NCBI GenBank assembly: GCA_937900255.1
Contig: CALCDZ010000004.1
Location: 20,857-84,856 of the forward strand
Direction of reading: 5' to 3'
From: an uncultured bacterium
GTDB taxonomy: Bacteria; Patescibacteriota; Patescibacteriia; SG8-24; DYFX01
Length of the DNA: 64,000 nucleotides
Under the pieces are notes generated by a model, which had not been told where the DNA came from, searched no databases, and was given only the letters and a program-made list of their open reading frames with translations. Of the stretch, positions 1-11,287 are shown one piece after another (the first letter of the stretch is position 1; the number at the start of each line of letters is the position of its first letter). The translations under genes were made by a program, and so were the position numbers.

Positions 1-2
1 AT

Positions 3-1370
3 GACGATCGCGACTTTGAGTTCGCCAAAAAATACGGCGTCGAGATCAAGCAGGTCATCGCGCCGCCCGCCGGCGTTGAATACGATCCTTCCAAGGCCTA
101 CACCGATGCCGGCCTCTTGGTGAACTCCGGCGGTTTCGACGGCCTGGTCTCGACCCACGCCAAACCGGAAATCATCGACGCGCTCGAAACCGCCTCCAAA
201 GGCAAGCGCCAGGTCAACTACCATTTGCGCGACTGGCTCGTTTCCCGTCAGCGGTATTGGGGCGCGCCGATCCCGATCGTCTACTGCGACGAGCACGGCG
301 AACAGCCGGTGCCCGAAGCCCAGCTGCCGGTCCTCCTGCCGACCGACGTCGATTTCCGTCCGACGGGGGAGTCGCCGCTCGCCCGCTCGACGTCCTTCCA
401 CGACGCGACCTGCCCCGTCTGCGGAAAACCCGCCAGGCGCGAAGTCGACACGATGGATACCTTCGTCGATTCTTCCTGGTACTTCCTGCGCTACGCCGAC
501 CCCAAGAACCCGGCCGCATTCGCCGACGGAGCCAAGATCGACGCCTGGTGCCCGGTCGACCTGTACGTCGGCGGCGCTGAGCACGCCGTCCTGCATCTCC
601 TCTATGCGCGGTTCTTCACCAAGGTGCTGCATGACGCCGGCATGGTGAAGTTCGACGAGCCGTTCACGAAGCTCAAGAACCAAGGCCTGATCCTCGGCGA
701 AGACGGGGAGAAGATGTCCAAGTCGCGCGGCAACGTCGTCAATCCGGATGACGTCATCGCCGAGCATGGAGCCGACGCCTTCCGCCTCTACGAGATGTTC
801 ATGGGCGATTTCGAGCAGGTGAAGCCTTGGAGCACGAGCGGCATCATCGGACTGCGCCGCTTCCTCGACAAGGTCTGGAGGCTGCAGATCGGCGATACGG
901 ATACCGCTCCGTCCGTCCGCGCGCTGCTGCATAAGACCATCAGGAAGGTCGGCGAGGATATCGAACACTTCAAGTTCAACACGGCCATCAGCGCCATGAT
1001 GATCTTCGTGAACGAGGCGGAGGGCGCCGCGCTCTCGAAGGACGACTACGGCTCGTTCCTGAAGATCCTCTCGCCCTTCGCCCCGCATTTCTGCGAGGAG
1101 GCCTGGGAGCGTCTTGGGCACGCCGACCGCATCACGCGCTCTTCCTGGCCGGCCTATGACCCGGCACTGACGGTCGACGCCGAGATCGAGATCGCCCTGC
1201 AGGTGACCGGCAAGGTGAAGGATCGCATCACCGTCCCGGCCGATGCCGATGACGCTGAACTAGAACGCCTGGCACTGCAGAACCCGAAAGTCGCGGCCGC
1301 TCTCGAAGGGCGCGCCGTCAAGCAGGTCATCGTGGTGAAAAAGCGTCTTGTGAACATCGTGGCGAGCTGA
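3..1370 (+). CDS. leuS: Leucine--tRNA ligase, C-terminal part (5' truncated by window)
   Basis: Frame open from window start (DDRDFEFAKKY); DWLVSRQRYWG, MDTFVDSSWY, GGAEHAVLHLLYARF and KMSKS motifs. Confidence 0.97.
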   Translation, partial: DDRDFEFAKKYGVEIKQVIAPPAGVEYDPSKAYTDAGLLVNSGGFDGLVSTHAKPEIIDALETASKGKRQVNYHLRDWLVSRQRYWGAPIPIVYCDEHGEQPVPEAQLPVLLPTDVDFRPTGESPLARSTSFHDATCPVCGKPARREVDTMDTFVDSSWYFLRYADPKNPAAFADGAKIDAWCPVDLYVGGAEHAVLHLLYARFFTKVLHDAGMVKFDEPFTKLKNQGLILGEDGEKMSKSRGNVVNPDDVIAEHGADAFRLYEMFMGDFEQVKPWSTSGIIGLRRFLDKVWRLQIGDTDTAPSVRALLHKTIRKVGEDIEHFKFNTAISAMMIFVNEAEGAALSKDDYGSFLKILSPFAPHFCEEAWERLGHADRITRSSWPAYDPALTVDAEIEIALQVTGKVKDRITVPADADDAELERLALQNPKVAAALEGRAVKQVIVVKKRLVNIVAS

Positions 1371-1378
1371 GAATAAGG

Positions 1379-1409
1379 AACCGCTCTGCCTGTTCGGCGG
1401 AGCGGTTTT
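1379..1409 (+). terminator. Intrinsic terminator after leuS
   Basis: AACCGCTCTGCC / GGCGGAGCGGTT stem followed by T residues. Confidence 0.7.
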
Positions 1410-1483
1410 GTGTTCGGGGCGGGGTTGACAAAGAGGGCTTTTCCCGCTACAACGAGGCCAGTTCACTTGATTTGGAGGATACC

Positions 1484-2002
1484 GTGACGCAGACACTTCC
1501 AGTCTGGCGACCTTTCGAGCGGACGGACAAGGAGTTGGTCTTTGCATGCCTGCAGGACTCCTACCGCCCGACGGTCCTGGCGCTCATCCGCGATACGAGA
1601 GGACGGCTCCTGCTGGTGCAGTCCGCACGCACCGGCGAATGGGGCTTCGTCCAGGGCGGGGTCGAAGATGGTGAATCGCCGCTTCACGCGCTGAAACGGG
1701 AGGTCTTGGAGGAGCTCGGTGCCGACAGCGCGACGTGCGTGCCGGAACGGTACCTAGGATGCGCCGACATCGATGTCGATCCAGGCACGGGCTATCATCG
1801 ACGCTTCCGGAAAGGCGTGCGCTACTTCCTCTTCGAGCTCACCTACTTCGGACCGGAAATGCCGCCGCTTCAAGCTTCCGAACTCTCCGGCTACGAGTGG
1901 ATCGCGGGCGGCCTCGCCGACCCCCGGTTTCGGGATCTCCTCAAGGGCGGCCGACCGGCGAAGAACCGGCTTTACGTCGACGCCTTGCTCCGCGCCAGCT
2001 GA
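1484..2002 (+). CDS. NUDIX hydrolase
   Basis: Nudix box GGVEDGESPLHALKREVLEELG; GTG start chosen from GGAGG at 1474-1478. Confidence 0.85.
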   Translation: MTQTLPVWRPFERTDKELVFACLQDSYRPTVLALIRDTRGRLLLVQSARTGEWGFVQGGVEDGESPLHALKREVLEELGADSATCVPERYLGCADIDVDPGTGYHRRFRKGVRYFLFELTYFGPEMPPLQASELSGYEWIAGGLADPRFRDLLKGGRPAKNRLYVDALLRAS

Positions 2003-2067
2003 CAGACCGCACTCGCGGTCTTTTTTCATTGACATCCGCTCGCGCTTTCCGTTAGGAAGGTCTCGCC

Positions 2068-3111
2068 ATGAAGTTTCCGCCCATCTTTTCCGACCTTCCC
2101 AAACGCCCGTTGACGTTCGAGATCGCGGCAGGGGTCATTTTGGCGCTGCTGTTCTGGCGAGGATCATCCGAGGGACGCCTGCCGAAAGCGGTCGGGAACG
2201 GCACGTTCGACCGCTGGCGTGCCATCATCGTGATGCGCGCCGACGTAGTGTTCGACCCGCCCGCATCCTATTGGGTGGAGGGGCTGCTTTTGGGTGCCGA
2301 TCAGGGTTTTTCGTCGAAGTGGCGGGCGGATTTCCGGCGCACCGGGACCAGCCATCTGACCGCCGTGTCCGGCTACAACGTCGGCATGGTGCTCTCCGTC
2401 ACGCTGGCCGTGCTCGCATCGGCACCCTTCGGACGGCATGCGCGGGTAGGCATCGCCATGGGCTGCGTGGCGGCGTTCGTGCTGCTGACAGGCAGTCCCG
2501 GTTCGGTCCTTCGGGCCGCCGTGATGATCGGCGCGGTCGAAGCGGCGCGACTCTTCGGGCGCCCGATCAAACCGATCCGGGCGCTGCTCATCGCGGCGCT
2601 GTGCATCGGCGCCTGTTCGCCGCGAAGTCTGGCGCAGGACCGCGGCTTCCAGCTGTCCGTGCTGGCTTCCTTCGGCCTCGTCACGCTGGCGCCGCCGATG
2701 ACGGACTTCTTCCGGTTCCTGCCCAAGACGGTCGCGGCATGGGCCGGACAGACCTTGGCTGCCACGATCGCCACCGCGCCGCTCATCGCGCTCATGTCCG
2801 GCACGTATTCCTTGGTGGCCCTGCCCGCCAACATCGCCGTCGCGGCCTTCATCCCGGCGCTCATGGGCCTCGGCGCGCTCATCCTCGCCGCGAGCCTCGT
2901 TTCCTTGCCGCTGTCCTTGGCCGTAGCCGGTCTCGCCAAAGGCTTCTTCATGCTACCGTTGGTCCTGATCCGCGCCATGGCTTCTTGGCCAGCGGCAGCC
3001 GTGACCGGTCCGGAGGCGTTCGCCGTGCTGATCGGTGTCGAACTGGCGGCGCTCTTCTTCGTCCTCCGCTGGCGCCGCCGCGCGTCCGAACGCCTCGGTC
3101 TCCATGCGTGA
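2068..3111 (+). CDS. comEC: ComEC/Rec2 competence membrane-channel domain
   Basis: TGTSHLTAVSGYNV, SVLRAAVM and GFQLSVLA motifs; multiple TM segments. Confidence 0.9.
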   Translation: MKFPPIFSDLPKRPLTFEIAAGVILALLFWRGSSEGRLPKAVGNGTFDRWRAIIVMRADVVFDPPASYWVEGLLLGADQGFSSKWRADFRRTGTSHLTAVSGYNVGMVLSVTLAVLASAPFGRHARVGIAMGCVAAFVLLTGSPGSVLRAAVMIGAVEAARLFGRPIKPIRALLIAALCIGACSPRSLAQDRGFQLSVLASFGLVTLAPPMTDFFRFLPKTVAAWAGQTLAATIATAPLIALMSGTYSLVALPANIAVAAFIPALMGLGALILAASLVSLPLSLAVAGLAKGFFMLPLVLIRAMASWPAAAVTGPEAFAVLIGVELAALFFVLRWRRRASERLGLHA

Positions 3112-3769
3112 ATCCTTCTTGAAACGGCATCGCGCCATTTTCGCCGCTTCGGCGGCCGTCTTGACGCTGGCCATCCTCCCGTTCGTCTCGGAAAGATGCG
3201 CGGCGTCGAAGTCCGACGTCCGCGTGCGGTTTTTCGCGCCCGCCCGGGGCGCCTCCGCGCTCATCTCCGGCCGCGATGGTCGTCGCATCCTGATCGACGC
3301 CGCGCCGGACGCGACTGCGCTCGAAGGATTGGCCGACGCCATGCCTTGGTGGAACCGGAAGATCGACGTCTTTCTGGTCGCCCGTCCCGATGCCGAGCAG
3401 GAGCCGGTCTTCCTTTCGATCGTCCGCCGCTATCACGTGAAGGAAATCTGGTGGACCGGGTATGCGCCGGTCGGCGAGCCATGGCGGCGCCTGGCCGCAG
3501 ATGTCCAGGCGTCGGGCATCCCGTCGCGCGCGGTCGGAGCGGGGGACCGTCTCGAGTTCTCCGGCGGTGCCCGTTTCGAGATCACTGCCCCCGACACCTT
3601 CGCCCCCGGGCGCCTCCTGAAGAAATCCGAAGCCGCCGATTCCGGCATCGCCGGGAAGTTCGTCTGCGGAACGGACGTCCTCGCGTTCGGTCCGTTCCTC
3701 GCGCGGAGACCTGACGCGCGTGCCGGGCGGGAATATGCCTGCTCAGGCGGGAAGCTGACGCAGCGGTAG
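3104..3769 (+). CDS. ComEC-type beta-lactamase-like domain protein with degenerate metal site
   Basis: Overlaps comEC stop; N-terminal TM, then GASALI..ILIDA..MPWWNRKIDVFLV typical of the ComEC C-domain; HxHxDH replaced by RPDAEQ. Confidence 0.7.
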   Translation: MRESFLKRHRAIFAASAAVLTLAILPFVSERCAASKSDVRVRFFAPARGASALISGRDGRRILIDAAPDATALEGLADAMPWWNRKIDVFLVARPDAEQEPVFLSIVRRYHVKEIWWTGYAPVGEPWRRLAADVQASGIPSRAVGAGDRLEFSGGARFEITAPDTFAPGRLLKKSEAADSGIAGKFVCGTDVLAFGPFLARRPDARAGREYACSGGKLTQR

Positions 3770-3848
3770 GGAAGGCCGCCTCCGTCTTGCCAAGCGGCCG
3801 CGTTTCGGGTACGCTTCCGCCATCAAACGTCATTCTTCTCTCGGAACT

Positions 3849-4346
3849 ATGATCCAACGCTCCCTCATCCTCCTCAAGCCCGACGCACTCGATCGCGGCA
3901 TCGTGGGAGAGATCCTCACCCGGTTCGAACGCGTCGGCGCGAAGCTCGTCGGCATGAAGTTGCTCGTCTCCGAGAAGGACACGGCGCTCAAGCACTACAC
4001 CGAAGACCTCGCCAAGCGCCGCGGCGAGAAGGTCCGCGAACTGATGGTCTCCATGCTGACCTCCGGCCCGATCGTGGCCATCGCCCTGGAAGGCATCGAG
4101 ATCGTCGAAGTCGTCCGCAAGATGATCGGCGCGACCGAACCGAAGAGCGCGGCCCCGGGCACCATCCGCGGCGACTACGCCCACGTTTCCTTCAAGTACG
4201 CGGACGAGAAGCAGATCGGCGTCTTCAACCTCATCCACGCTTCCGGTTCGCCGGAAGAGGCGGAGGTCGAGATCGGCGTCTGGTTCAAGCCCGAGGAATT
4301 GGTCAGCCACGACCCTTCCTACACCAACACCACCATCAAGAAGTGA
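3849..4346 (+). CDS. ndk: Nucleoside-diphosphate kinase
   Basis: LLKPDAL, PGTIRGDY and catalytic NLIHAS motifs. Confidence 0.95.
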   Translation: MIQRSLILLKPDALDRGIVGEILTRFERVGAKLVGMKLLVSEKDTALKHYTEDLAKRRGEKVRELMVSMLTSGPIVAIALEGIEIVEVVRKMIGATEPKSAAPGTIRGDYAHVSFKYADEKQIGVFNLIHASGSPEEAEVEIGVWFKPEELVSHDPSYTNTTIKK

Positions 4347-4356
4347 GCGCGAACGG

Positions 4357-4388
4357 AAAAAAGAGCCTGTCGTGGACCGGCTCTTTTT
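4357..4388 (+). terminator. Terminator after ndk
   Basis: AAAAAGAGCC...GGCTCTTTTT inverted repeat. Confidence 0.7.
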
Positions 4389-4393
4389 CTGTC

Positions 4394-4422
4394 TTGTCGG
4401 TCCTGTCGGAGAGCGGTATGCT
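4394..4422 (+). promoter_or_regulatory. Sigma70-type promoter of putative ncRNA
   Basis: TTGTCG-17 nt-TATGCT. Confidence 0.55.
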
Positions 4423-4428
4423 GAAGGC

Positions 4429-4662
4429 GGCCCCGCGTCAGGGAGAACATGTTTTGGGACAATCATTTGGCAGAGTGGCCCGAGAGACTTAGCCGCTTTG
4501 GCGGCCAGGCCGAGGGCTTCAGCGGTAAGAGCAAGGGAAGGCGCCTTCCGGGCATCCCGTAAAGGGTTCTCGGAAGCCCGTCCTCCCAAGCCGGTCGTGC
4601 GGCGCAAGCCGTCCGGCAGCCCACATGACACTTCGCCAAATCATGCCTTCCGCCGCGGGGCC
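4429..4662 (+). ncRNA. Putative structured ncRNA, possibly 6S-like
   Basis: Starts 7 nt after the -10; 5' GGCCCCGCG pairs with 3' CGCGGGGCC; nested GGGAG/CTTCC and CATG.TTTGG/CCAAA.CATG pairs; no credible ORF. Confidence 0.55.
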
Positions 4663-4737
4663 TTGTCGTTTCACGAAAAAAAAGCACGCGCCTGGACGGA
4701 AGGGGGGGGAAGGTTCCTCTCCGCCCGGGCGCGTTTT

Positions 4738-5472
4738 TCATTTGAACAAGGCTGTCGCGGCAGCGACGTAGGCTTTTGCCTTGCTTCTATCGAGCTCGTC
4801 ATCCTCCGTGCGGAGCCGTCCCTCGGCATCCATGCTGAGGAAGGGGAAACGGCTGACGAGTGGCGCCAGTCGGTCGATGGTCTCCGTCGAGAGTCCGCCG
4901 GCCACGCCGATGCCGATCCGGGGATGCCGGTCGCAGATCGCCTGGACGTATGCCTGAGCGGCATCCGTGTCGATCGGAACGCCAAGTCCGCCGCTCATGT
5001 CCACCAGGACGTCAGTGATGCGCCCTCGATACGCATCGAGCCGCGCGGCGACGTCTCCCGGTCCGCTCGCGTCCTTAAGCGCTTGGGGGCCGAGCTGCAG
5101 CACGATTCGCATGCCTTTCGGCATGGCGGGGATGGTCCCAGGTTCCGGCCAGCGGATGTTGAGCTGGAAGCCGTCGAGCCATTCGCCGCCGAGGCGGATG
5201 AGCCTCTCAAGCTGCTCGGACAGCGTCGGCGGGTCGTCCGTCGCGTAATGGATGAGATTCACCGTCCGGCGATCGGGCGGGAACACTCCGGCGATGTCCT
5301 CCACGGGCGGATAGCGGTTCGGCCACTTGTTCCGTGCGCCGGAGAGTGTCTTGCTGCTCGCCAATACGCCGATCATGAGCTGGTGGTCGCCACGGCCCGA
5401 CAGGCCATCAAGCACGGCAGAGACTTCCGACCTTTGCATGAATCCGGTCACGCCGATATACGGTGGTCGCAC
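4738..5472 (-). CDS. TIM-barrel protein, phosphoribosylanthranilate-isomerase-like
   Basis: DGFQLN, VLVDMSGGLG, GVAGGLS and SMDAEGRLR segments resemble TrpF phosphate-binding barrel; AAGGAG SD before GTG. Confidence 0.55.
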   Translation of the reverse strand: MRPPYIGVTGFMQRSEVSAVLDGLSGRGDHQLMIGVLASSKTLSGARNKWPNRYPPVEDIAGVFPPDRRTVNLIHYATDDPPTLSEQLERLIRLGGEWLDGFQLNIRWPEPGTIPAMPKGMRIVLQLGPQALKDASGPGDVAARLDAYRGRITDVLVDMSGGLGVPIDTDAAQAYVQAICDRHPRIGIGVAGGLSTETIDRLAPLVSRFPFLSMDAEGRLRTEDDELDRSKAKAYVAAATALFK

Positions 5473-5617
5473 GATGTTTCTCCTTTTCGGTAGGGAACGA
5501 TGCTTACGGACGCATGGACTATCCTACGCGTCGCTGCATATGTCAAACGGGCGGACGTTTCTCTGTTGAAGCGGCACATGCCAAAGAAAAACATCCGCCG
5601 TGAGCGGATGTCTTTCA

Positions 5618-5692
5618 TGGTCGGGCTGATGGGAATTGAACCCACTGCCTTTCCCACCCCAAGGGAACGCGCTGCCGATGCGCCACAGCCCG
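5618..5692 (-). tRNA. tRNA-Pro(GGG)
   Basis: Cloverleaf CGGGCTG/CAGCCCG, anticodon loop TTGGGGT, TTCAA T-loop, encoded CCA. Confidence 0.93.
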
Positions 5693-5784
5693 ACGTGGAC
5701 GGGGGTCGCCGATAGACTACAGGGAAAGCTCGCCCGTGGCAAGCCTTGGTCGGACCCTCATGGTACGTGCTATCCTGTCTGCAT

Positions 5785-6366
5785 ATGGATCGTGCCCTCG
5801 ATCTGCTGCAGAAAGCCCGGACCCGCCCGGCCGCCCGGTTCCTGACCGATTGGCTGCCGCGATTGGGATTGCACGGCGGCGTGGCGCTCGACCTCGGCTG
5901 CGGTTCCGGCGCGGAAGCGGAGTACCTGGCCAAGAACGGTTTCATGGTCGATGCCATCGACAAGAGCGACACGGCCGTCAAATATACGACGGAGCGCTGC
6001 CAGGGCCTGACGGTCGACGTCATCCAAGGCGACTTCCGCGAGTTCCAGCTGCGGCCCGGGTACTACGCGCTCGGCGTCGCCATCAACTCGCTGTCGTTCG
6101 TCGAGAAGGAAGCCTGCCGTAACCTGCTCCTGTCTGTGCAGGCTTCGATCAAGTCCGGCGGCGCGGTCCTGCTCGGCGTCTTCGGACCGGAACATGCCTG
6201 GGCCGCCAGCCGTCCGGACATGAGCTTCTGGACGCCGGAAGAGTTCCGCAAGCTCTGGAACGGCTGGGACATCCTGGCGCTCGACGAATACAAGGGTCCG
6301 TGGCCGCTCGTGAGCGGCGAGGAGATCTACCAGCACCGCCTCCACCTGTCGGCCAAGAAGAGATGA
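5785..6366 (+). CDS. Class I SAM-dependent methyltransferase (TehB-like)
   Basis: ALDLGCGSG motif I, VDAID, IQGDF. Confidence 0.85.
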   Translation: MDRALDLLQKARTRPAARFLTDWLPRLGLHGGVALDLGCGSGAEAEYLAKNGFMVDAIDKSDTAVKYTTERCQGLTVDVIQGDFREFQLRPGYYALGVAINSLSFVEKEACRNLLLSVQASIKSGGAVLLGVFGPEHAWAASRPDMSFWTPEEFRKLWNGWDILALDEYKGPWPLVSGEEIYQHRLHLSAKKR

Positions 6367-6378
6367 AAAAACCGGCGC

Positions 6379-6564
6379 TTACGCGACGGCTTTTTCTTTC
6401 GGGGCCAGGGTCCGGATGCAGCGGGTGCAAAGCTTGAGCTTCACGCCGTTCACCGTCTTCGTCTGGAGGTTCACCAGGCGGCGGACTTTGGTCGCGATTT
6501 TGGAGTGGGAGCGGGTGTTCCCGGAGAGGGGACCGCGCTCGCACGCGTCACAGCGGCGGGCCAT
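6379..6564 (-). CDS. rpmB: 50S ribosomal protein L28 (Zn type)
   Basis: MARRCDAC..GNTRSHS..VNLQ..LCTRCIR. Confidence 0.93.
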   Translation of the reverse strand: MARRCDACERGPLSGNTRSHSKIATKVRRLVNLQTKTVNGVKLKLCTRCIRTLAPKEKAVA

Positions 6565-6643
6565 AGATGCGGGGAAAATCTTTACGTGGGAGGAGCGTAC
6601 CATGCCTTTCCAGGCTTGGCAAGAGTGTGTATCCTTTCCTCAT

Positions 6644-7288
6644 ATGCTCGGCTCCCTTTTCTCCAATCCGATCGAAGGCGTCGCTTGGATCGTGGCGTTC
6701 CTGGCCGCTTTGACGTTCCATGAGTTCAGCCACGGCCTCGCCGCCAAGCTGCAGGGCGACGACACGGCCGAACGGGCCGGGCGCCTCACGCTCAATCCGC
6801 TTTCGCATATCGACCCGATCGGCTTCCTGCTCGTGCTCGTGGCCGGTTTCGGCTGGGCCAAACCGGTGCCGTATAACCCCTACAACCTCCGCAACCAGAA
6901 GTGGGGACCGGTCATCGTCGCTGCGGCGGGGCCTTTGGCCAACCTCCTTCTCTTCGTGATCTCCGGCCTGACGTACCGGGGGCTCGTGGCCGCCGGAGTG
7001 CCGCTTTCGGGCAGTGCGCTCGGGGCGTTCCTCGGTGCCTTGATGGGCGTGAACGTCGTCCTCTTCGCCTTCAACCTCATCCCGTTCCCGCCGCTCGACG
7101 GCTCGAAGTTCCTGCTCCTCGCCCTCCAGCATCCCAAGTACGCCCGCGCCCGCTGGTGGATCGAGACGCGCGGCCCGATGGCGCTCATGCTGCTGGTCAT
7201 CGGTGATTCGTTCCTGCTGAACGGCCTCATCTTCGGCACGCTCATCGACCTCATTTCCGGGTTGGCGTTCAGGCTGATCGGGCTTTGA
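6644..7288 (+). CDS. Site-2 protease (M50) family intramembrane metalloprotease
   Basis: HEFSH, GWAKPVP, AAGPLAN and NLIPFPPLDG motifs. Confidence 0.92.
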   Translation: MLGSLFSNPIEGVAWIVAFLAALTFHEFSHGLAAKLQGDDTAERAGRLTLNPLSHIDPIGFLLVLVAGFGWAKPVPYNPYNLRNQKWGPVIVAAAGPLANLLLFVISGLTYRGLVAAGVPLSGSALGAFLGALMGVNVVLFAFNLIPFPPLDGSKFLLLALQHPKYARARWWIETRGPMALMLLVIGDSFLLNGLIFGTLIDLISGLAFRLIGL

Positions 7289-7300
7289 TCCCGCGCTTCC

Positions 7301-7329
7301 TTGACGTCGGGGCGGGGGAGTGATACCTT
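7301..7329 (+). promoter_or_regulatory. str operon promoter
   Basis: TTGACG-17 nt-TACCTT, about 140 nt upstream of rpsL. Confidence 0.6.
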
Positions 7330-7469
7330 TCCGGAGTCGAATTACTCCTCCGGATTTCAACGGAGAGATGTAGTGAACATGGTCGCCGACGCGGAGTAGC
7401 TGCCGCCGAAGCGATAAGGATCACGGAATCCCTGCGGATTTCGTGCGTTGCGTTTTCTCAATCAAATCC

Positions 7470-7895
7470 ATGCCTACCATCCACCAGCTCATCAAGCGTC
7501 CGAGGCGCCCGCTCAAGGTCAAGTCCAAGGCGCCGGCCCTCCAGACCGTGCAGAACACCATCAAGCGCTACAAGAAGGAGATGCCGAAGGGTGCTCCGTA
7601 CAAGCGCGGCGTGTGCGTGAAGGTCACCACTATGACCCCGAAGAAGCCGAACTCGGCTCTCCGTAAGATCGCCCGCGTCCGCCTTTCGAACGGCATGGAA
7701 GTCACCGCCTACATCCCGGGCGTCGGACACAACCTCCAGGAGCACTCCATCGTGATGATCCGCGGCGGCCGCGTGAAGGACCTTCCGGGCGTCCGCTACC
7801 ACATCGTCCGCGGCGTCTACGACACCCAGGGCGTCCAGGACCGCCGCCGCTCGCGCTCGATCTACGGCGCCAAGCGCCCGAAGGTCAAGTCCTAA
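7470..7895 (+). CDS. rpsL: 30S ribosomal protein S12
   Basis: [30 protein letters not shown]. Confidence 0.98.
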   Translation: MPTIHQLIKRPRRPLKVKSKAPALQTVQNTIKRYKKEMPKGAPYKRGVCVKVTTMTPKKPNSALRKIARVRLSNGMEVTAYIPGVGHNLQEHSIVMIRGGRVKDLPGVRYHIVRGVYDTQGVQDRRRSRSIYGAKRPKVKS

Positions 7896-7922
7896 CTCAT
7901 CAGACGCTGAACTGAAATACCT

Positions 7923-8390
7923 ATGCGCGGCAAGCAAGCCCCCAAGCGTCTGATCAAGCCGGACGCCAAGTACCACTCCGAGACCGTCGCCAAGCTCGTC
8001 AACTACGTGATGCGCGACGGCAAGAAGTCGACCGCCCAGAAGATCGTCTACGGTGCGCTCGCCATCGTCTCCGAGAAGACCAAGAAGGACCCGATCGAGC
8101 AGTTCGAGGAAGCGCTCAAGAACGTCATGCCGCAGGTCGAGGTGAAGAGCCGCCGCGTCGGTGGCGCCAACTACCAGATCCCGACGCCCGTCCGCGGCGA
8201 GCGCCGCATCTCGCTGGGCTTCCGCTGGATCATCGACGCCGCCAACGCCGTGAAGGGCCGTTCGATGGCCGACAAGCTCGGCAACGAGATCGTCTCGGCC
8301 GCCGCCGGCGAAGGCAACGCGGTCAAGAAGAAGATGGACGTCCACCGCATGGCCGAGGCGAACCGCGCCTTCGCGCACTTCGCCCGCTAA
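7923..8390 (+). CDS. rpsG: 30S ribosomal protein S7
   Basis: [30 protein letters not shown]. Confidence 0.98.
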   Translation: MRGKQAPKRLIKPDAKYHSETVAKLVNYVMRDGKKSTAQKIVYGALAIVSEKTKKDPIEQFEEALKNVMPQVEVKSRRVGGANYQIPTPVRGERRISLGFRWIIDAANAVKGRSMADKLGNEIVSAAAGEGNAVKKKMDVHRMAEANRAFAHFAR

Positions 8391-8414
8391 TCCAGGACTT
8401 CTCACCGCTCTTCT

Positions 8415-10496
<2,082 letters not shown>

Positions 10497-10505
10497 GACC
10501 CAGGA

Positions 10506-10531
10506 GACGCCCCGCATCCGCGGGGCGTTTT
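10506..10531 (+). terminator. Terminator after fusA
   Basis: GACGCCCCGC/GCGGGGCGTT stem plus T run. Confidence 0.75.
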
Positions 10532-10599
10532 CGTATTGACGACATCGCCCGGCCCTGCCATCCTCTTGGCATCCCAAGAACGGGAAGAGGAGGTCTTCA

Positions 10600-11211
10600 A
10601 TGGATCCGCAAATGGAATTGGTGGTGTGGGTGCTCGCGATCGCGGTTCTTGTCTCGGTGGCGATATTCCTGGGCATGTGGCTCAGGGACCGTCGTCGCGA
10701 GCGTCGAGAGGCTCGCGTTCAGCTGCGGTCCGATGTGCACCGCGTGCGCCGCGTGCCGTCCGTCTCGGAGATCGATCGCATCCGTCGCGATTGCGGATAT
10801 CACGCCATCCCATACGAGGACATCGGCACGCACGATGCCGAACTTTCGGAGCTCACGTGCCGAGCGTATCTGGATGATGCCAGAGGTCTACGGGCCTCCC
10901 TCTGCCGGGATGCATGCGGCCACCTGAGGAAGCTGGATGGCATCATCAGATGCCTGGAGGGCGCGAACCAGAAACATCAGTGGTCCGCCATCGGGACGAC
11001 CTGGGAAGATCTGCGCGACCTCACCAGGAAGGGGATGATGGGGGAGGCGCGGAAGATCTACGAGAACGGCGTCAAGCTGCAGGACCGCGGATGGAATCGG
11101 CAGGAGAACATGCGTGCCATCGAAGCTCTTCTGATTTACGCCAACGGCACGCTTCGGGAGCTCGACCCTGAGCTCACCGACGCGGCCTGGACCGCGCTCA
11201 AGGAGGCCTGA
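10600..11211 (+). CDS. Hypothetical membrane-anchored protein
   Basis: 203-aa ORF with N-terminal TM and Arg cluster; GAGGAGGT SD; own TTGACG-17-CATCCT promoter. Confidence 0.7.
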   Translation: MDPQMELVVWVLAIAVLVSVAIFLGMWLRDRRRERREARVQLRSDVHRVRRVPSVSEIDRIRRDCGYHAIPYEDIGTHDAELSELTCRAYLDDARGLRASLCRDACGHLRKLDGIIRCLEGANQKHQWSAIGTTWEDLRDLTRKGMMGEARKIYENGVKLQDRGWNRQENMRAIEALLIYANGTLRELDPELTDAAWTALKEA

Positions 11212-11287
11212 TGCCTCCTTTTTTCATGCCTTGACACCGGCGCGGATTGCGCTACAGTGGGCCCACTTATCACGTTTTCCCTTGCCT

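Noticed and set aside
4515-4540. GCGGTAAGAGC resembling an RNase P RNA segment
   Set aside because: The universally conserved GAGGAAAGTCC and the 3' P4 strand are missing
4372-5493. 373-aa plus-strand ORF covering the putative ncRNA
   Set aside because: Starts inside a terminator, is antisense to the TrpF-like gene and has no protein-like features
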